A stretch of DNA of 64,000 nt, taken from the IMG/VR virus record IMGVR_UViG_3300046171_000197; one strand, 5' to 3'. Source of the DNA: a virus. Positions 29,509-39,601 of the stretch are shown here, in pieces; position 1 is the stretch's first letter, and the number at the start of each line of letters is the position of its first letter. The position numbers and the translations under genes are program-made. The notes beneath the pieces were generated by a model, which was given only the letters and a program-made list of their open reading frames with translations, did not search any database and was not told the DNA's origin.

Positions 29509-29669
29509 TGGATTTACCTATTGATTTAAATGAACTTGATGTTATCATTGAGTCTGTATCAGATGTTGATACTGAATTATGTCGAAAACTAAGATTAGTT
29601 AAAGGTTTAGTTGAAGATGGAAAACCTTATAAAAAGATACTTCGTGAAAAGTATGGTTATGTAGCATAA
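29508..29669 (+). CDS. Small hypothetical protein (53 aa)
   Basis: MDLPIDLNELDVII...; TAATG coupling on both sides. Confidence 0.6.
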   Translation: MDLPIDLNELDVIIESVSDVDTELCRKLRLVKGLVEDGKPYKKILREKYGYVA

Positions 29670-30130
29670 TGTTTTTTAAAAAATTGAGTCTTGTTACTGG
29701 TGGATTTGATCCTATTCATAGTGGACATATATCATATTTTACAAGAGCTAAAGATTTTTCTGATTACCTTGTAGTTGGTATCAATACAGAAGAATGGTTA
29801 ACTAAAAAGAAAGGTCAATACTTTCAATCTTGGGTTGAACGTGCAGAGATTATTCGACATCTTAATATGGTTGATGCAGTTATTACTGTACCAGATGATG
29901 ATAAAGGTTCTGCCTGTGGTGCAATTGAAAAATGCTTAGAGATATCAGAGAAAGTTGTTTTCTGTAATGGTGGAGATAGAGGATCTGACAATACACCAGA
30001 AACTGATAAGTATGATAAAGATCCAAGAGTTGAATTTCAATTTGGTATTGGTGGTGATGATAAGATGAATAGTAGTTCTTGGATACTTAAGGGTTACTTT
30101 GAAAGACAACGTAAATTATTAGGAATATGA
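29669..30130 (+). CDS. Cytidylyltransferase-family nucleotidyltransferase (RfaE/TagD-like)
   Basis: TGGFDPIHSGH (HxGH), NGGDR, KMNSSSWIL. Confidence 0.85.
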   Translation: MFFKKLSLVTGGFDPIHSGHISYFTRAKDFSDYLVVGINTEEWLTKKKGQYFQSWVERAEIIRHLNMVDAVITVPDDDKGSACGAIEKCLEISEKVVFCNGGDRGSDNTPETDKYDKDPRVEFQFGIGGDDKMNSSSWILKGYFERQRKLLGI

Positions 30131-30276
30131 ATTGTTGGCATTGTAATGCAGAATTGATCTGGGGTGGAGATCATGACCTTGACGATTATGAAGATATGGA
30201 GTATGATATAGTTACAAACTTATCATGCCCAAAGTGTGAATCATACGTTGAAGTCTATCATAAGATAGAAAAATAA
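30127..30276 (+). CDS. 49-aa zinc-ribbon-like protein
   Basis: MNCWHC...LIWGGDHD...SCPKC. Confidence 0.65.
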   Translation: MNCWHCNAELIWGGDHDLDDYEDMEYDIVTNLSCPKCESYVEVYHKIEK

Positions 30277-30278
30277 TT

Positions 30279-31286
30279 ATGGATTTTTTAAAGGAAATAG
30301 TAAAAGAGATTGGTGATGAATACACTCAACTCGCAGCGGATATAGATGAAACAGAAAGATTCATCGACACAGGATCACACATCTTTAATGCAGTGGTTAG
30401 CGGTTCCATTTATGGTGGTGTTTCTAGTAATAAGATCACTGCCATTGCTGGTGAAACTAGTACTGGTAAAACTTATTTTGCCCTTGCTGTTGTCAAGAAC
30501 TTTTTGGACACTAATCCTGATGGGTATTGCCTCTATTTTGATACTGAAGCTGCAATCACCAAGGGATTACTTACATCTCGTGGAATTGATCAAACAAGAC
30601 TTGTTGTTGTCAATGTCGTTACTATAGAAGAGTTCCGAAGCAAAGCACTCCGTGCAGTAGATATATACCTCAAGACAGATGAAGAGGATCGCAAACCTTG
30701 TATGTTTGTGTTAGACTCTTTAGGTATGCTCTCTACAGAGAAAGAGATAAGAGATGCATTAGATGATAAGCAAGTCCGTGATATGACCAAATCACAACTT
30801 GTCAAGGGAGCATTCCGTATGCTAACATTAAAACTTGGTCAAGCAAACATTCCACTTATAGTCACAAATCATACTTACGATGTCATCGGATCTTATGTCC
30901 CAACTAAAGAAATGGGAGGAGGCTCTGGTCTCAAATATGCCGCTTCTACGATCATTTATCTCAGCAAAAAAAAGGAAAAGGATAAGACAGAGGTTGTTGG
31001 AAACATTATTAAAGCTAAGACGGCTAAATCCAGACTCTCAAAAGAAAACCAACAAGTAGAGATAAGACTCTATTATGATGAAAGAGGTTTAGACAGATAC
31101 TATGGTCTTCTTGAATTAGGAGAACTTGGTGGGATGTGGAAGAATGTAGCAGGTAGATATGAAATGAATGGTAAGAAAATATATGCTAAAGAAATATTAA
31201 GGAATCCGACAGAATACTTTACTGATGATATAATGAAACAACTAGACACTATTGCCAAGAAGCAGTTTTCCTATGGATCGGATTGA
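30279..31286 (+). CDS. uvsX: RecA-like recombinase UvsX
   Basis: AGETSTGKT, LDSLGML, MGGGSGLKYAAS. Confidence 0.95.
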   Translation: MDFLKEIVKEIGDEYTQLAADIDETERFIDTGSHIFNAVVSGSIYGGVSSNKITAIAGETSTGKTYFALAVVKNFLDTNPDGYCLYFDTEAAITKGLLTSRGIDQTRLVVVNVVTIEEFRSKALRAVDIYLKTDEEDRKPCMFVLDSLGMLSTEKEIRDALDDKQVRDMTKSQLVKGAFRMLTLKLGQANIPLIVTNHTYDVIGSYVPTKEMGGGSGLKYAASTIIYLSKKKEKDKTEVVGNIIKAKTAKSRLSKENQQVEIRLYYDERGLDRYYGLLELGELGGMWKNVAGRYEMNGKKIYAKEILRNPTEYFTDDIMKQLDTIAKKQFSYGSD

Positions 31287-32649
31287 GACCACAATACTCC
31301 AAAACTTAATATACAATGAAGAATATTCTCGTAAAGTCATTCCTTTTATTGAACCCGATTACTTTGAAAATAAATCTGAAAGAGTCACCTTTGAACAGAC
31401 TGCAGAGTTTATTGTTAAGTATGGTTCTGCGATTACAATTGAAGCTTTAAATATTGAAATTGATAATCGTACAGATCTTACTGAAACAGAAGTCAAAGAG
31501 ATTCGTGAACTAAATGGTTTCCTAACTAATACACCAGTTGATTATCAATGGTTGATGGATACTACTGAGAAGTGGTGTCGTGATCGTGCAATTTATCTTG
31601 CACTCATGGAATCTATTCAACTTGCTGATGGTGATGAGAGTAAAAAGAATAAAGATGCAATACCATCGATTCTTTCAGATGCACTAGCAGTATCATTTGA
31701 CAATCATGTCGGACACGACTACTTAGAAGACTACGAAGAAAGATATGACTTATATCACAGAAAGGAAGAAAGAATTCAATTCGACCTCGATTTTTTCAAT
31801 AAGATTACGAAGGGTGGGGTTCCAAATAAAACACTCAATATTGCTCTCGCTGGCACTGGTGTTGGTAAATCTTTGTTTATGTGTCATGTCGCAAGTAGTG
31901 TGCTACTCCAAGGAAAGAACGTATTATACATCACACTTGAAATGGCTGAAGAAAAGATTGCAGAAAGAATTGATGCTAATCTTTTAAATGTAGCAATCCA
32001 AGATATTACTGATTTACCTAAACCAATGTTTGATAAAAAGGTAAATAGTATTGCGAAGAAAACACAAGGAACATTAATAATAAAAGAATATCCAACTGCA
32101 TCTGCACATTCTGGTCACTTCAAATCCCTACTAAACGAACTATCGTTGAAAAAATCTTTTAAACCTGATATAATATTCATAGATTATCTAAACATTTGTG
32201 CATCAAGTCGTTATTCTAAAATAGGAAATGTCAATTCTTACTCGTATATTAAAGCCATTGCTGAAGAACTCCGTGGTCTTGCAGTTGAGGCTAATGTACC
32301 TATCATCTCCGCTACTCAGACGACTCGTTCTGGTTACGGTAGTAGTGATGTTGATCTTACTGACACAAGCGAGTCGTTCGGTCTTCCCGCCACTGCTGAT
32401 CTTATGTTTGCTCTTATTAGTACAGAGGAGCTTGAGGGGCTTGGGCAGATAATGGTTAAACAATTAAAGAACAGATACAATGATCCAACCATCTATAAAA
32501 GGTTTGTCATTGGAGTTGATCGTGCGAAGATGAGATTATATGACTGTGAACAGAAAGCGCAAGATGATATTCTTGACAGTGGACAAGATGAGGAGTATAA
32601 TGAACATAAGCAAAAACCTAAGAAATCATTCGCAGAATTTAAATTTTAA
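31273..32649 (+). CDS. gp41: Replicative helicase gp41
   Basis: AGTGVGKS, LEMAEE, IDYLN, SATQTTR, KQLKNRY. Confidence 0.96.
   Translation: MDRIETTILQNLIYNEEYSRKVIPFIEPDYFENKSERVTFEQTAEFIVKYGSAITIEALNIEIDNRTDLTETEVKEIRELNGFLTNTPVDYQWLMDTTEKWCRDRAIYLALMESIQLADGDESKKNKDAIPSILSDALAVSFDNHVGHDYLEDYEERYDLYHRKEERIQFDLDFFNKITKGGVPNKTLNIALAGTGVGKSLFMCHVASSVLLQGKNVLYITLEMAEEKIAERIDANLLNVAIQDITDLPKPMFDKKVNSIAKKTQGTLIIKEYPTASAHSGHFKSLLNELSLKKSFKPDIIFIDYLNICASSRYSKIGNVNSYSYIKAIAEELRGLAVEANVPIISATQTTRSGYGSSDVDLTDTSESFGLPATADLMFALISTEELEGLGQIMVKQLKNRYNDPTIYKRFVIGVDRAKMRLYDCEQKAQDDILDSGQDEEYNEHKQKPKKSFAEFKF
32573..32601 (+). promoter_or_regulatory. Consensus sigma70 promoter in the gp41 3' end, upstream of mazG
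   Basis: TTGACA-17-TATAAT. Confidence 0.75.
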
Positions 32650-32852
32650 TGTCTGAATCTAAAAACAACAAAATTGAAAACTATGATCGTTACATTAGAG
32701 AAGGTGGTGATCTGACTCTTGAACAGATCGAAACTCTTGTTAAATATAGTTTAGATGTAGCTGACACACCACTTAAAACTGATGCTTTTGATGATTTTAT
32801 GTCTATCATCATCGAAGGACTTAATGATCGTAAAAAAACTAAAAAATCCTAA
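32649..32852 (+). CDS. Hypothetical protein
   Basis: 67-aa coupled ORF. Confidence 0.55.
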   Translation: MSESKNNKIENYDRYIREGGDLTLEQIETLVKYSLDVADTPLKTDAFDDFMSIIIEGLNDRKKTKKS

Positions 32853-33262
32853 TGACTAAAAAAATTGACTTTGATAAGTATGCTCTATTCGTGGATGGTG
32901 TCACATCCGATTCCAGTAAGGATTATCAATGCTTTATTGAGAGTATTAGTTCCCTTGACGGAAAGGGTGCCAATATTCACAGGCTTCTTACTGCTGCTGT
33001 TGGGATTAGTGCTGAAGGTGGTGAGTTTATGGAGATCGTTAAGAAGATGGTATTCCAAGGTAAACCTTGGGACGAGCATAATCGAAAGCATCTTATTATT
33101 GAGTTGGGTGACGTTATGTGGTATGTAATGCAAGCATGTAAAGCATTAGATGTTTCAATTGAAGAAGTGGTTGCAGGTAATGTAGATAAATTAAAGAAGA
33201 GATATCCTGGTGGGGAGTTTAATGTCTACCAGTCAGAAAATCGTAAGGAGGGAGACCTATGA
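32852..33262 (+). CDS. mazG: MazG-family nucleotide pyrophosphohydrolase
   Basis: AEGGEFMEIVKK, ELGDVMWY, KLKKRYP. Confidence 0.93.
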   Translation: MTKKIDFDKYALFVDGVTSDSSKDYQCFIESISSLDGKGANIHRLLTAAVGISAEGGEFMEIVKKMVFQGKPWDEHNRKHLIIELGDVMWYVMQACKALDVSIEEVVAGNVDKLKKRYPGGEFNVYQSENRKEGDL

Positions 33263-33462
33263 GGGATCAATTAATCAGAGCACTTTTAGCACATGCTAAT
33301 GGTGATATTCAAAAACATGTAGCAAATGTAGAGGTTTATTTAACTAATCCTGCAGGTATCGGTGAGCATTCTGATATAACAGAAGCAATCGAAACTGAAT
33401 TAAATATAATTGCTAAGTATCAAGACCAGATTGACGTAATAAATAAATACTTCAAGAAGTAA
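33259..33462 (+). CDS. Conserved hypothetical protein
   Basis: NVEVYLTNPAGIGEHSDI motif. Confidence 0.7.
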   Translation: MRDQLIRALLAHANGDIQKHVANVEVYLTNPAGIGEHSDITEAIETELNIIAKYQDQIDVINKYFKK

Positions 33463-33470
33463 TTTAAAAT

Positions 33471-34958
33471 ATGTTCAAAGCGCAAACTGAGGACAAAGAA
33501 TCTTTACAAGCATTAGCATTTTCTTTAAGACAGAATAAAGGATCTGATATTACCTTTGATGAAATAAAGAATGCTATGATAAATTACAACGCACAACCTT
33601 ACTCTGTCAGAGACTGTTGTGGCATTGATGAAACTAAATTAGTTCCAAGATTTAGTAATTGGGCAACTGTTGGAGATGAAAAAGATGTTGAGGGTTGGAT
33701 AAATTCATCTATGTGGACAGCTAACGCTGTTATTGGTTCACATGTTCCGTCAAGAGGAGATTATATTTTTTATAATACAATTGGAGACCCAATATTCAGA
33801 GGTGCATTTAAAAAATTAGCACAGGGTGTAGTTAAAAATGCAAAGAATGGAACTGTTAGAAGAGTATACTCAATAGTATCAGAAGGAACGGGAGATAAAT
33901 GGAATCCTGCTGACGTTATAGCAATAAAAAAAGATCAATCAAATAAAATTATTGGAGAATGGGAAAATTTTAAGAAGGGTAAACCAACATATAAATCTGA
34001 TACAACAATAAAAAAAGAAAATGAAAAATTACTTAAAGATAATAAAAATAATGTATCATTAAATCTTGTTGACGATATGGGCATGCTCTTTGATTATAAT
34101 CAATATGTTGATGATCTTTACAAATCAAACACATGTATTCCAATATCTTTAAAAAAAGTAGCACCGACAGCAAAAGAATTAAAAGAGGTTACTACCCCTA
34201 ATGTTCTAGTAAAAAAATTTGATCATAAGGCAACACAGGGAATAGAAGATTCTATAAATTTAGATATTCAAATTACAAGTGTTGACTATAAACCTGATGC
34301 TATGAAGTGTATTGTTAATTTTAAATTAGCAGGAGAGAGTGGTCATTTTATGGATATAAGAGGATTTGAAAGTAGTAAAAAGGTTGCCAATGTTCAGATG
34401 CAACTTCAAAAAGGAACAGCTGCCAACCACGGTAAGGCAACACTACCTGCATTTTCTTTAATCACAATACTATCAAATGGTTTGAGAGCTGTGAATACTG
34501 CTAAAAAAATTAGAAAAAAACTTTTTGGTAATATATTAATACCAAGTAGTGCAGATCATAAATTTACTGATTATCAACTTTTTAATAGATATGCTTTTAA
34601 TAGAAAAGGTAGATTTTCCCAAGAAACTATAAATGATGATGCTATATTATGGGCAGAGTATTGCAATCAATTATCATCAGATAAAATGAGTGTGACAAAA
34701 TTTATGGAACAATATAATAAAAAATTGGGAAAAAGTAATAATTATAAAGACGCAGCTAAGTATCTTAAAAACAAAGTTCAATCATATGAAGTTGGTTATG
34801 TTTTAGATAAAGGTAAAGGTAAAATATCAGATTTAGTTAAACAAAATATTATGAAAAGTGTTTACTCACTTGCAGCATCAAAAGGATTTAGAATATTTGG
34901 TGATAAAAAAATTACTGATTATATGACATCTAGTACATATATTAAGGTAGGAGGATAA
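33471..34958 (+). CDS. Hypothetical protein, possible PD-(D/E)xK-like nuclease
   Basis: DKWNPADV...IPISLKK motif; late-promoter motif upstream. Confidence 0.55.
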   Translation: MFKAQTEDKESLQALAFSLRQNKGSDITFDEIKNAMINYNAQPYSVRDCCGIDETKLVPRFSNWATVGDEKDVEGWINSSMWTANAVIGSHVPSRGDYIFYNTIGDPIFRGAFKKLAQGVVKNAKNGTVRRVYSIVSEGTGDKWNPADVIAIKKDQSNKIIGEWENFKKGKPTYKSDTTIKKENEKLLKDNKNNVSLNLVDDMGMLFDYNQYVDDLYKSNTCIPISLKKVAPTAKELKEVTTPNVLVKKFDHKATQGIEDSINLDIQITSVDYKPDAMKCIVNFKLAGESGHFMDIRGFESSKKVANVQMQLQKGTAANHGKATLPAFSLITILSNGLRAVNTAKKIRKKLFGNILIPSSADHKFTDYQLFNRYAFNRKGRFSQETINDDAILWAEYCNQLSSDKMSVTKFMEQYNKKLGKSNNYKDAAKYLKNKVQSYEVGYVLDKGKGKISDLVKQNIMKSVYSLAASKGFRIFGDKKITDYMTSSTYIKVGG

Positions 34959-35194
34959 TGAAACAGAACATCCCAATCAAAGACCTCATGGATTCATTTG
35001 AATCTGATGAAAAGAACAAAGGTAAAAGATATCGTGAGTTCTTGTATCATTGTTTTTTGAAGTTTGAAAAACAGATGAAAAAAATAAAATCTAAAAAGAT
35101 AATAAATAGGTATGAAACTATGAGAAAAAATACTTTTAGTTACTTAATTCAAAACGAAAGAGAGATAACTTTAAAATTATCCCGATCCAGATGA
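34958..35194 (+). CDS. Basic hypothetical protein
   Basis: 78-aa coupled ORF. Confidence 0.55.
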   Translation: MKQNIPIKDLMDSFESDEKNKGKRYREFLYHCFLKFEKQMKKIKSKKIINRYETMRKNTFSYLIQNEREITLKLSRSR

Positions 35195-36411
35195 AATCTT
35201 TTTTCCAATTTTTAGAATCTAATGCAGTCCAACAAGCAACCCGTATGGGATTGACTAGTGATGGTCATGGAGGATGGTACGATAAAAAGGGCGAGTTTGT
35301 CGCAAAGACAGATAAAGGATCATTAAAATTCTTTAATAAGAGACAGAAAGTAGGAGAGCAAGATCCACCATCTACAGAGAAAGAAAAGAGTTTATCTGGT
35401 ATACAACCAGCAGGTGCACAACAACCTGCACAAGAACCAGTTGCTAAGTTACCAGAAGCACCACCAGAAGTAGAGAAAACAAAAGGAACATTAACAGTTG
35501 CATTTGGTAGATTTAATCCTCCTACAACAGGACATGAAAAATTATTGAATCAAGTTTCTAAATCATCAGATGAAGATGACTATATTATTGTTCCATCAAG
35601 AAGTCAGGATGCAAAGAAGAATCCATTAGATGCTGATAGTAAAGTCGGTATTATGAGACAAATGTTTCCAAAGCATAGTGAAAAGATTGTCAATGATCCT
35701 GCAAACAGAACTATCTTTGACGTATTAAAGAAAGCACATAACGATGGATATGCAGGTGTTAGAGTTGTGGGTGGTGCAGATCGTCAGAAAGAATTTGATA
35801 AGTTAGTTAATACTTACAATGGAAAGTTATATAAGTTTGATAAAGTAGAAGTTGTATCAGCAGGTGATCGTGATCCTGATGCCGATGATGTTACAGGAAT
35901 GTCTGCATCAAAACAAAGAAAAGCAGCGGCAGAAGGAGATTTAAAATCTTTTATGAAAGGTATTCCATCTACAATGGAAAAGAAAGCAGCAGAAGATTTA
36001 TATAAGAATATACGAAAAGCAATGCAGATTAAAGAAGGTTGGAATCTTTGGGAGATTGCACCTAAGTTTGATTGGGAAGGATTACGTGAAAACTATATTG
36101 GTGAAAAGGTATATCAGATTGGTAATCTAGTCGAAAATTTAAATACAGGATTAATTGGACGTATTATACGTCGTGGTGCAAATCATCTTATCTGTGTTAC
36201 AGAGAATAATTTTATGTTTAAATCATGGATAAAAGATGTTACAGAAACAAAAAAAGAATCTTATGATTTACCCACTGAGGTATCTGGTGTACCAGCAGAT
36301 CAAAGATTAATTGGCACTGATTCACTACGTAAATACACTGAGACAATGGTGAAAGGAAGTGCCTACGGAAAACATTTCCTAAATAAATATAGGAAAAAAT
36401 CAAAACAATAA
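35191..36411 (+). CDS. Cyanophage 'cytidyltransferase'-family protein with capsid-targeting-like leader
   Basis: FGRFNPPTTGH, SAGDRDPDA, MSASKQR; N-terminus MKSFFQFLES. Confidence 0.82.
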   Translation: MKSFFQFLESNAVQQATRMGLTSDGHGGWYDKKGEFVAKTDKGSLKFFNKRQKVGEQDPPSTEKEKSLSGIQPAGAQQPAQEPVAKLPEAPPEVEKTKGTLTVAFGRFNPPTTGHEKLLNQVSKSSDEDDYIIVPSRSQDAKKNPLDADSKVGIMRQMFPKHSEKIVNDPANRTIFDVLKKAHNDGYAGVRVVGGADRQKEFDKLVNTYNGKLYKFDKVEVVSAGDRDPDADDVTGMSASKQRKAAAEGDLKSFMKGIPSTMEKKAAEDLYKNIRKAMQIKEGWNLWEIAPKFDWEGLRENYIGEKVYQIGNLVENLNTGLIGRIIRRGANHLICVTENNFMFKSWIKDVTETKKESYDLPTEVSGVPADQRLIGTDSLRKYTETMVKGSAYGKHFLNKYRKKSKQ

Positions 36412-36415
36412 ATTG

Positions 36416-38314
36416 ATGGATAAACCAGTGGCTGCTGCTCCAACAGGAGCAAAGGAAAAAGTTGAGAAGCAAGCAAGACAACTTGCATACGATGTAAGGT
36501 ATAAAACAAAGCAATCACTTGCTCAAAAGAGTGGTGGAAAAGTAGATCCTGCTGCTGTCAGTAAGATGTATATGTCACAACTTGCAAAGTCTCCTGCACC
36601 TCCTGCAATCAAAGCAAGAGCAAAGCAAATGCTTATGGGTGAAGATTATAAGAGTGATTTAGGTAGATTAGTTTCTAACAGTGCAGCATCTGCATTATAC
36701 AAAGTATTTGTTGAGCATCATCAGAAAGATGCTAATGGTAAAGTAATAGAGCATGAAGATACAACACCTAGTTCTGAAGATATAAACGAAGAAGAAAAAT
36801 CATACAAGGTTAGAGTTACAGATAAGAAATCAAATAACTCTTATGTAAGAATGGCAACTCGTGCTAAGATTGGTGAACTTCGTAGTAATCCAAACATCGC
36901 ATCTGTTGAAATGACAGAGTATGGATCACCTACTAAGTCAGAAAAATATAAGGGTAAGCAAACTGCAAAGGCGAAGCAAGGTCTTGATCCAGTCGGTAAA
37001 GAAGATGGTGATGTCAATAATGATGGTAAGAAAGATGGTACTGATAAGTATCTTATGAATCGTCGTAAGGCAATTGGTAAAGCAATGTCAAAAGAAGAGT
37101 ATTCTTGGAGAGATGGTTTTGCTGATTTAATTGAAAAGAAACATAAAGAAGAAAAGAAAATCACTGGTGAAGGTGTTAACAATAAAAAACTCATCAAGGT
37201 CTTCCCTGATGATGTAAAAGAAATGTATGGTAGTGCCGCTGGAACTGGTGCATCAATGGCACAGCCAGCACCAGCACCTGAGAAAAAACCAGATCCTCAG
37301 ATAGCATCTAAGGAAAAGAAACAGGCAATGCTTAAAAAGCAAGTGCTTATGAAGAAATTACAGGCAGTCCGTGCAGGTGCAGGTTCTGATATTACATCTT
37401 CTTATAAAACAGATAAGAAATTAACTGAAGGTGAGGACAAACCTGAAGAAGTTTCATCAGATATGGGTGACATTACTTTTGATGCAGGTGGTGCAATACC
37501 AACAACTATCAAGGCAATTGGTGATCCAAGAGAACTTGAGACTGCAATGAAGTTAAAGAAAACACAACTTCGTGCGTCTGGTCTTAACATGTCTCATGAA
37601 CCAGAAGGTGATATGGTTGAAGCAAAAGTAGACAAAGGAATGATCTTTGGAAAAGATGCAGCAAGAAATGAGAGAAGGTTTGGTACAAAAGGTAAATTTG
37701 ATCCACAAGGATCTGGACCTCGTGGGCAAGACATATCACAAAGAGCAAAACTTGCAGTTCAAAGAAAGAGAGAACACGAAGCAAAAAGAGGTGTGAAAAC
37801 AAAAGGTAAGATGGGTGAAGCATATGTTGTCAATCAGGCAGACAAAACTTCAAACACTCCTGCGTATCAAGGAATGAAAGCAGGTAAGAAAAATAAACTT
37901 ACTGGTGAACCTTTATATAAAAAAGCAGATAATATGAAAGAAAACTTAGTTACTATTTCTAATATCAATGTAAAACCAAGTGCTTATAAAGGTGAAAAAG
38001 ATGCTATTAATGAGATTCTTGAAAAGGGAGCAAGAGGTAAAATAGGTTTTACTAGTGGTAGATCTGATAAGGAAAATAGACAGGTGATGAAAACTAAAAA
38101 AGTGACTGTTAATAATCCAAAAGGTAGAAAAAGACATGAATCACCTATGGGTAAAACAATTGGTAAACTTAATCAAGTGAAAAGCAAGCAATATGATGCA
38201 GAAAAAAAAGGTGATACAAAAGCTGCAAATAAAGCTTTTGAAAGGAGAAAAAAGTTATCAGGAACATTATATGATAAAACTGGTAACTTCTACGACAGAG
38301 CAGACAACGACTAA
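36416..38314 (+). CDS. Lys/Glu-rich modular protein, probable head-internal protein
   Basis: Late promoter at 36379; DPVGKEDGDVNNDGKKDGTDKYL EF-hand-like motif; many hydrophobic-x-E sites. Confidence 0.7.
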   Translation: MDKPVAAAPTGAKEKVEKQARQLAYDVRYKTKQSLAQKSGGKVDPAAVSKMYMSQLAKSPAPPAIKARAKQMLMGEDYKSDLGRLVSNSAASALYKVFVEHHQKDANGKVIEHEDTTPSSEDINEEEKSYKVRVTDKKSNNSYVRMATRAKIGELRSNPNIASVEMTEYGSPTKSEKYKGKQTAKAKQGLDPVGKEDGDVNNDGKKDGTDKYLMNRRKAIGKAMSKEEYSWRDGFADLIEKKHKEEKKITGEGVNNKKLIKVFPDDVKEMYGSAAGTGASMAQPAPAPEKKPDPQIASKEKKQAMLKKQVLMKKLQAVRAGAGSDITSSYKTDKKLTEGEDKPEEVSSDMGDITFDAGGAIPTTIKAIGDPRELETAMKLKKTQLRASGLNMSHEPEGDMVEAKVDKGMIFGKDAARNERRFGTKGKFDPQGSGPRGQDISQRAKLAVQRKREHEAKRGVKTKGKMGEAYVVNQADKTSNTPAYQGMKAGKKNKLTGEPLYKKADNMKENLVTISNINVKPSAYKGEKDAINEILEKGARGKIGFTSGRSDKENRQVMKTKKVTVNNPKGRKRHESPMGKTIGKLNQVKSKQYDAEKKGDTKAANKAFERRKKLSGTLYDKTGNFYDRADND

Positions 38315-38520
38315 TGAAAACTTTTAAAGAATTCATAAGTGAAGAAGGGTATGATGTCGCAAGAGATCAAGGAAGGGTAAGACCATCCAAGGATAAGAAA
38401 GATGCAACTACAATGCCACCAAGTAAAGAAATGATGAAGACACAGAAGGTAAACAAAGGTCCTTCTGCAGCTGAACTTGTCAAAAAGAAGTATGGCAAGT
38501 CTGTCATGGATGTAAAATAA
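38314..38520 (+). CDS. Probable internal head protein
   Basis: N-terminus MKTFKEFISE fits the T4 internal-protein capsid-targeting sequence. Confidence 0.72.
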   Translation: MKTFKEFISEEGYDVARDQGRVRPSKDKKDATTMPPSKEMMKTQKVNKGPSAAELVKKKYGKSVMDVK

Positions 38521-39341
38521 TGCCAGCAGTTTCTAAGAAACAGCAAAAGTTTTTTGGAATAGTTCGTGCAATCCAGAAAGGAGAGATGGCACCTACTACT
38601 CCTGAGACTGCAAAAGCAGCAACAGACATGAAGAAAGGTGATGTCAAGAAATTTGCATCAACTAAACATAAAGGTTTACCTGAGAAAAAGAAGATAGAAG
38701 AAGATAGACAGATTAAAAAAATTATTAAACAACTTAGAAAGTCTGTCAAAGCACATGACAAACAGGCAGATACTCTTGAAAAGAAAATAGAAGAGGAATC
38801 AAATCCTCGGATACCTAGAAAGAAAGGTCAACCTGCTAATTCTAAGAAACACTCTGACTTGTATACAGATGAAAATCCTAAAGGAACTATTCACGGACTC
38901 GGTTTTAAGAACGTGGATACTGCTAAAGCATCTGTCTCGAAGATACGTAATTCATCAAGATCACATGCTCATAAGATTCAAGCTGCTGTTGCTATGGAGC
39001 AACGGGCAAGAGAAATGGGTAAAACCTCTGAAGCAGCAGTCTATCGAAAGTACATCAACTCGATGAAGAAAAAGACTAAGAAGATGAACGAGGCAGCAAA
39101 TCCTGCACAACAGGCTGCGATTGCCATTGACATGAAGAAGAAAGGTATAAAACCAAAAAATTTAAAAGAACAAATTTCATTCCCACAAATGCAACAACGT
39201 GTTAGGGATGCGAAGGAAAGAAGAAGAGAACAACAAAAAAAATCGGAGAAACTCTACATGGACACTAAGAAAAAAGGTGTCAAATTCTACGATAAAAAAG
39301 GTGTTGGTCGGTTAAAAGACGGAAAGAAGGTATACGACTGA
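38520..39341 (+). CDS. Basic modular protein, probable head-internal protein
   Basis: MPAVSKKQQ...FASTKHKGLPEKK module and SDLYTDENPKGTIHGLGF module separated by IEE sites. Confidence 0.68.
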   Translation: MPAVSKKQQKFFGIVRAIQKGEMAPTTPETAKAATDMKKGDVKKFASTKHKGLPEKKKIEEDRQIKKIIKQLRKSVKAHDKQADTLEKKIEEESNPRIPRKKGQPANSKKHSDLYTDENPKGTIHGLGFKNVDTAKASVSKIRNSSRSHAHKIQAAVAMEQRAREMGKTSEAAVYRKYINSMKKKTKKMNEAANPAQQAAIAIDMKKKGIKPKNLKEQISFPQMQQRVRDAKERRREQQKKSEKLYMDTKKKGVKFYDKKGVGRLKDGKKVYD

Positions 39342-39367
39342 TATATAGTGTAGTAATACACAGAAAA

Positions 39368-39562
39368 ATGTTATCATTTCTACTCCCATTCGCATCAAAA
39401 ATAGTATCCGATGCTGTGTCTAAGATTCCAGAAGACGCAGAATTAGGAGAAAAATTAATAGATCTATGTTTAGTGATCTTGAAGAAAGCAGTCAAGCTCA
39501 CAAAAACTGATATGGATGATAAACTTCTTGAGCAAGTTGAGAAGTCGATTCAATCTCGCTAA
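39368..39562 (+). CDS. Conserved hypothetical protein
   Basis: KAVKLTKTDMDDKL motif. Confidence 0.6.
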   Translation: MLSFLLPFASKIVSDAVSKIPEDAELGEKLIDLCLVILKKAVKLTKTDMDDKLLEQVEKSIQSR

Positions 39563-39601
39563 ATTATAAATACTTTTAGAAAATATTAACGGAAGAAAAC
39601 G

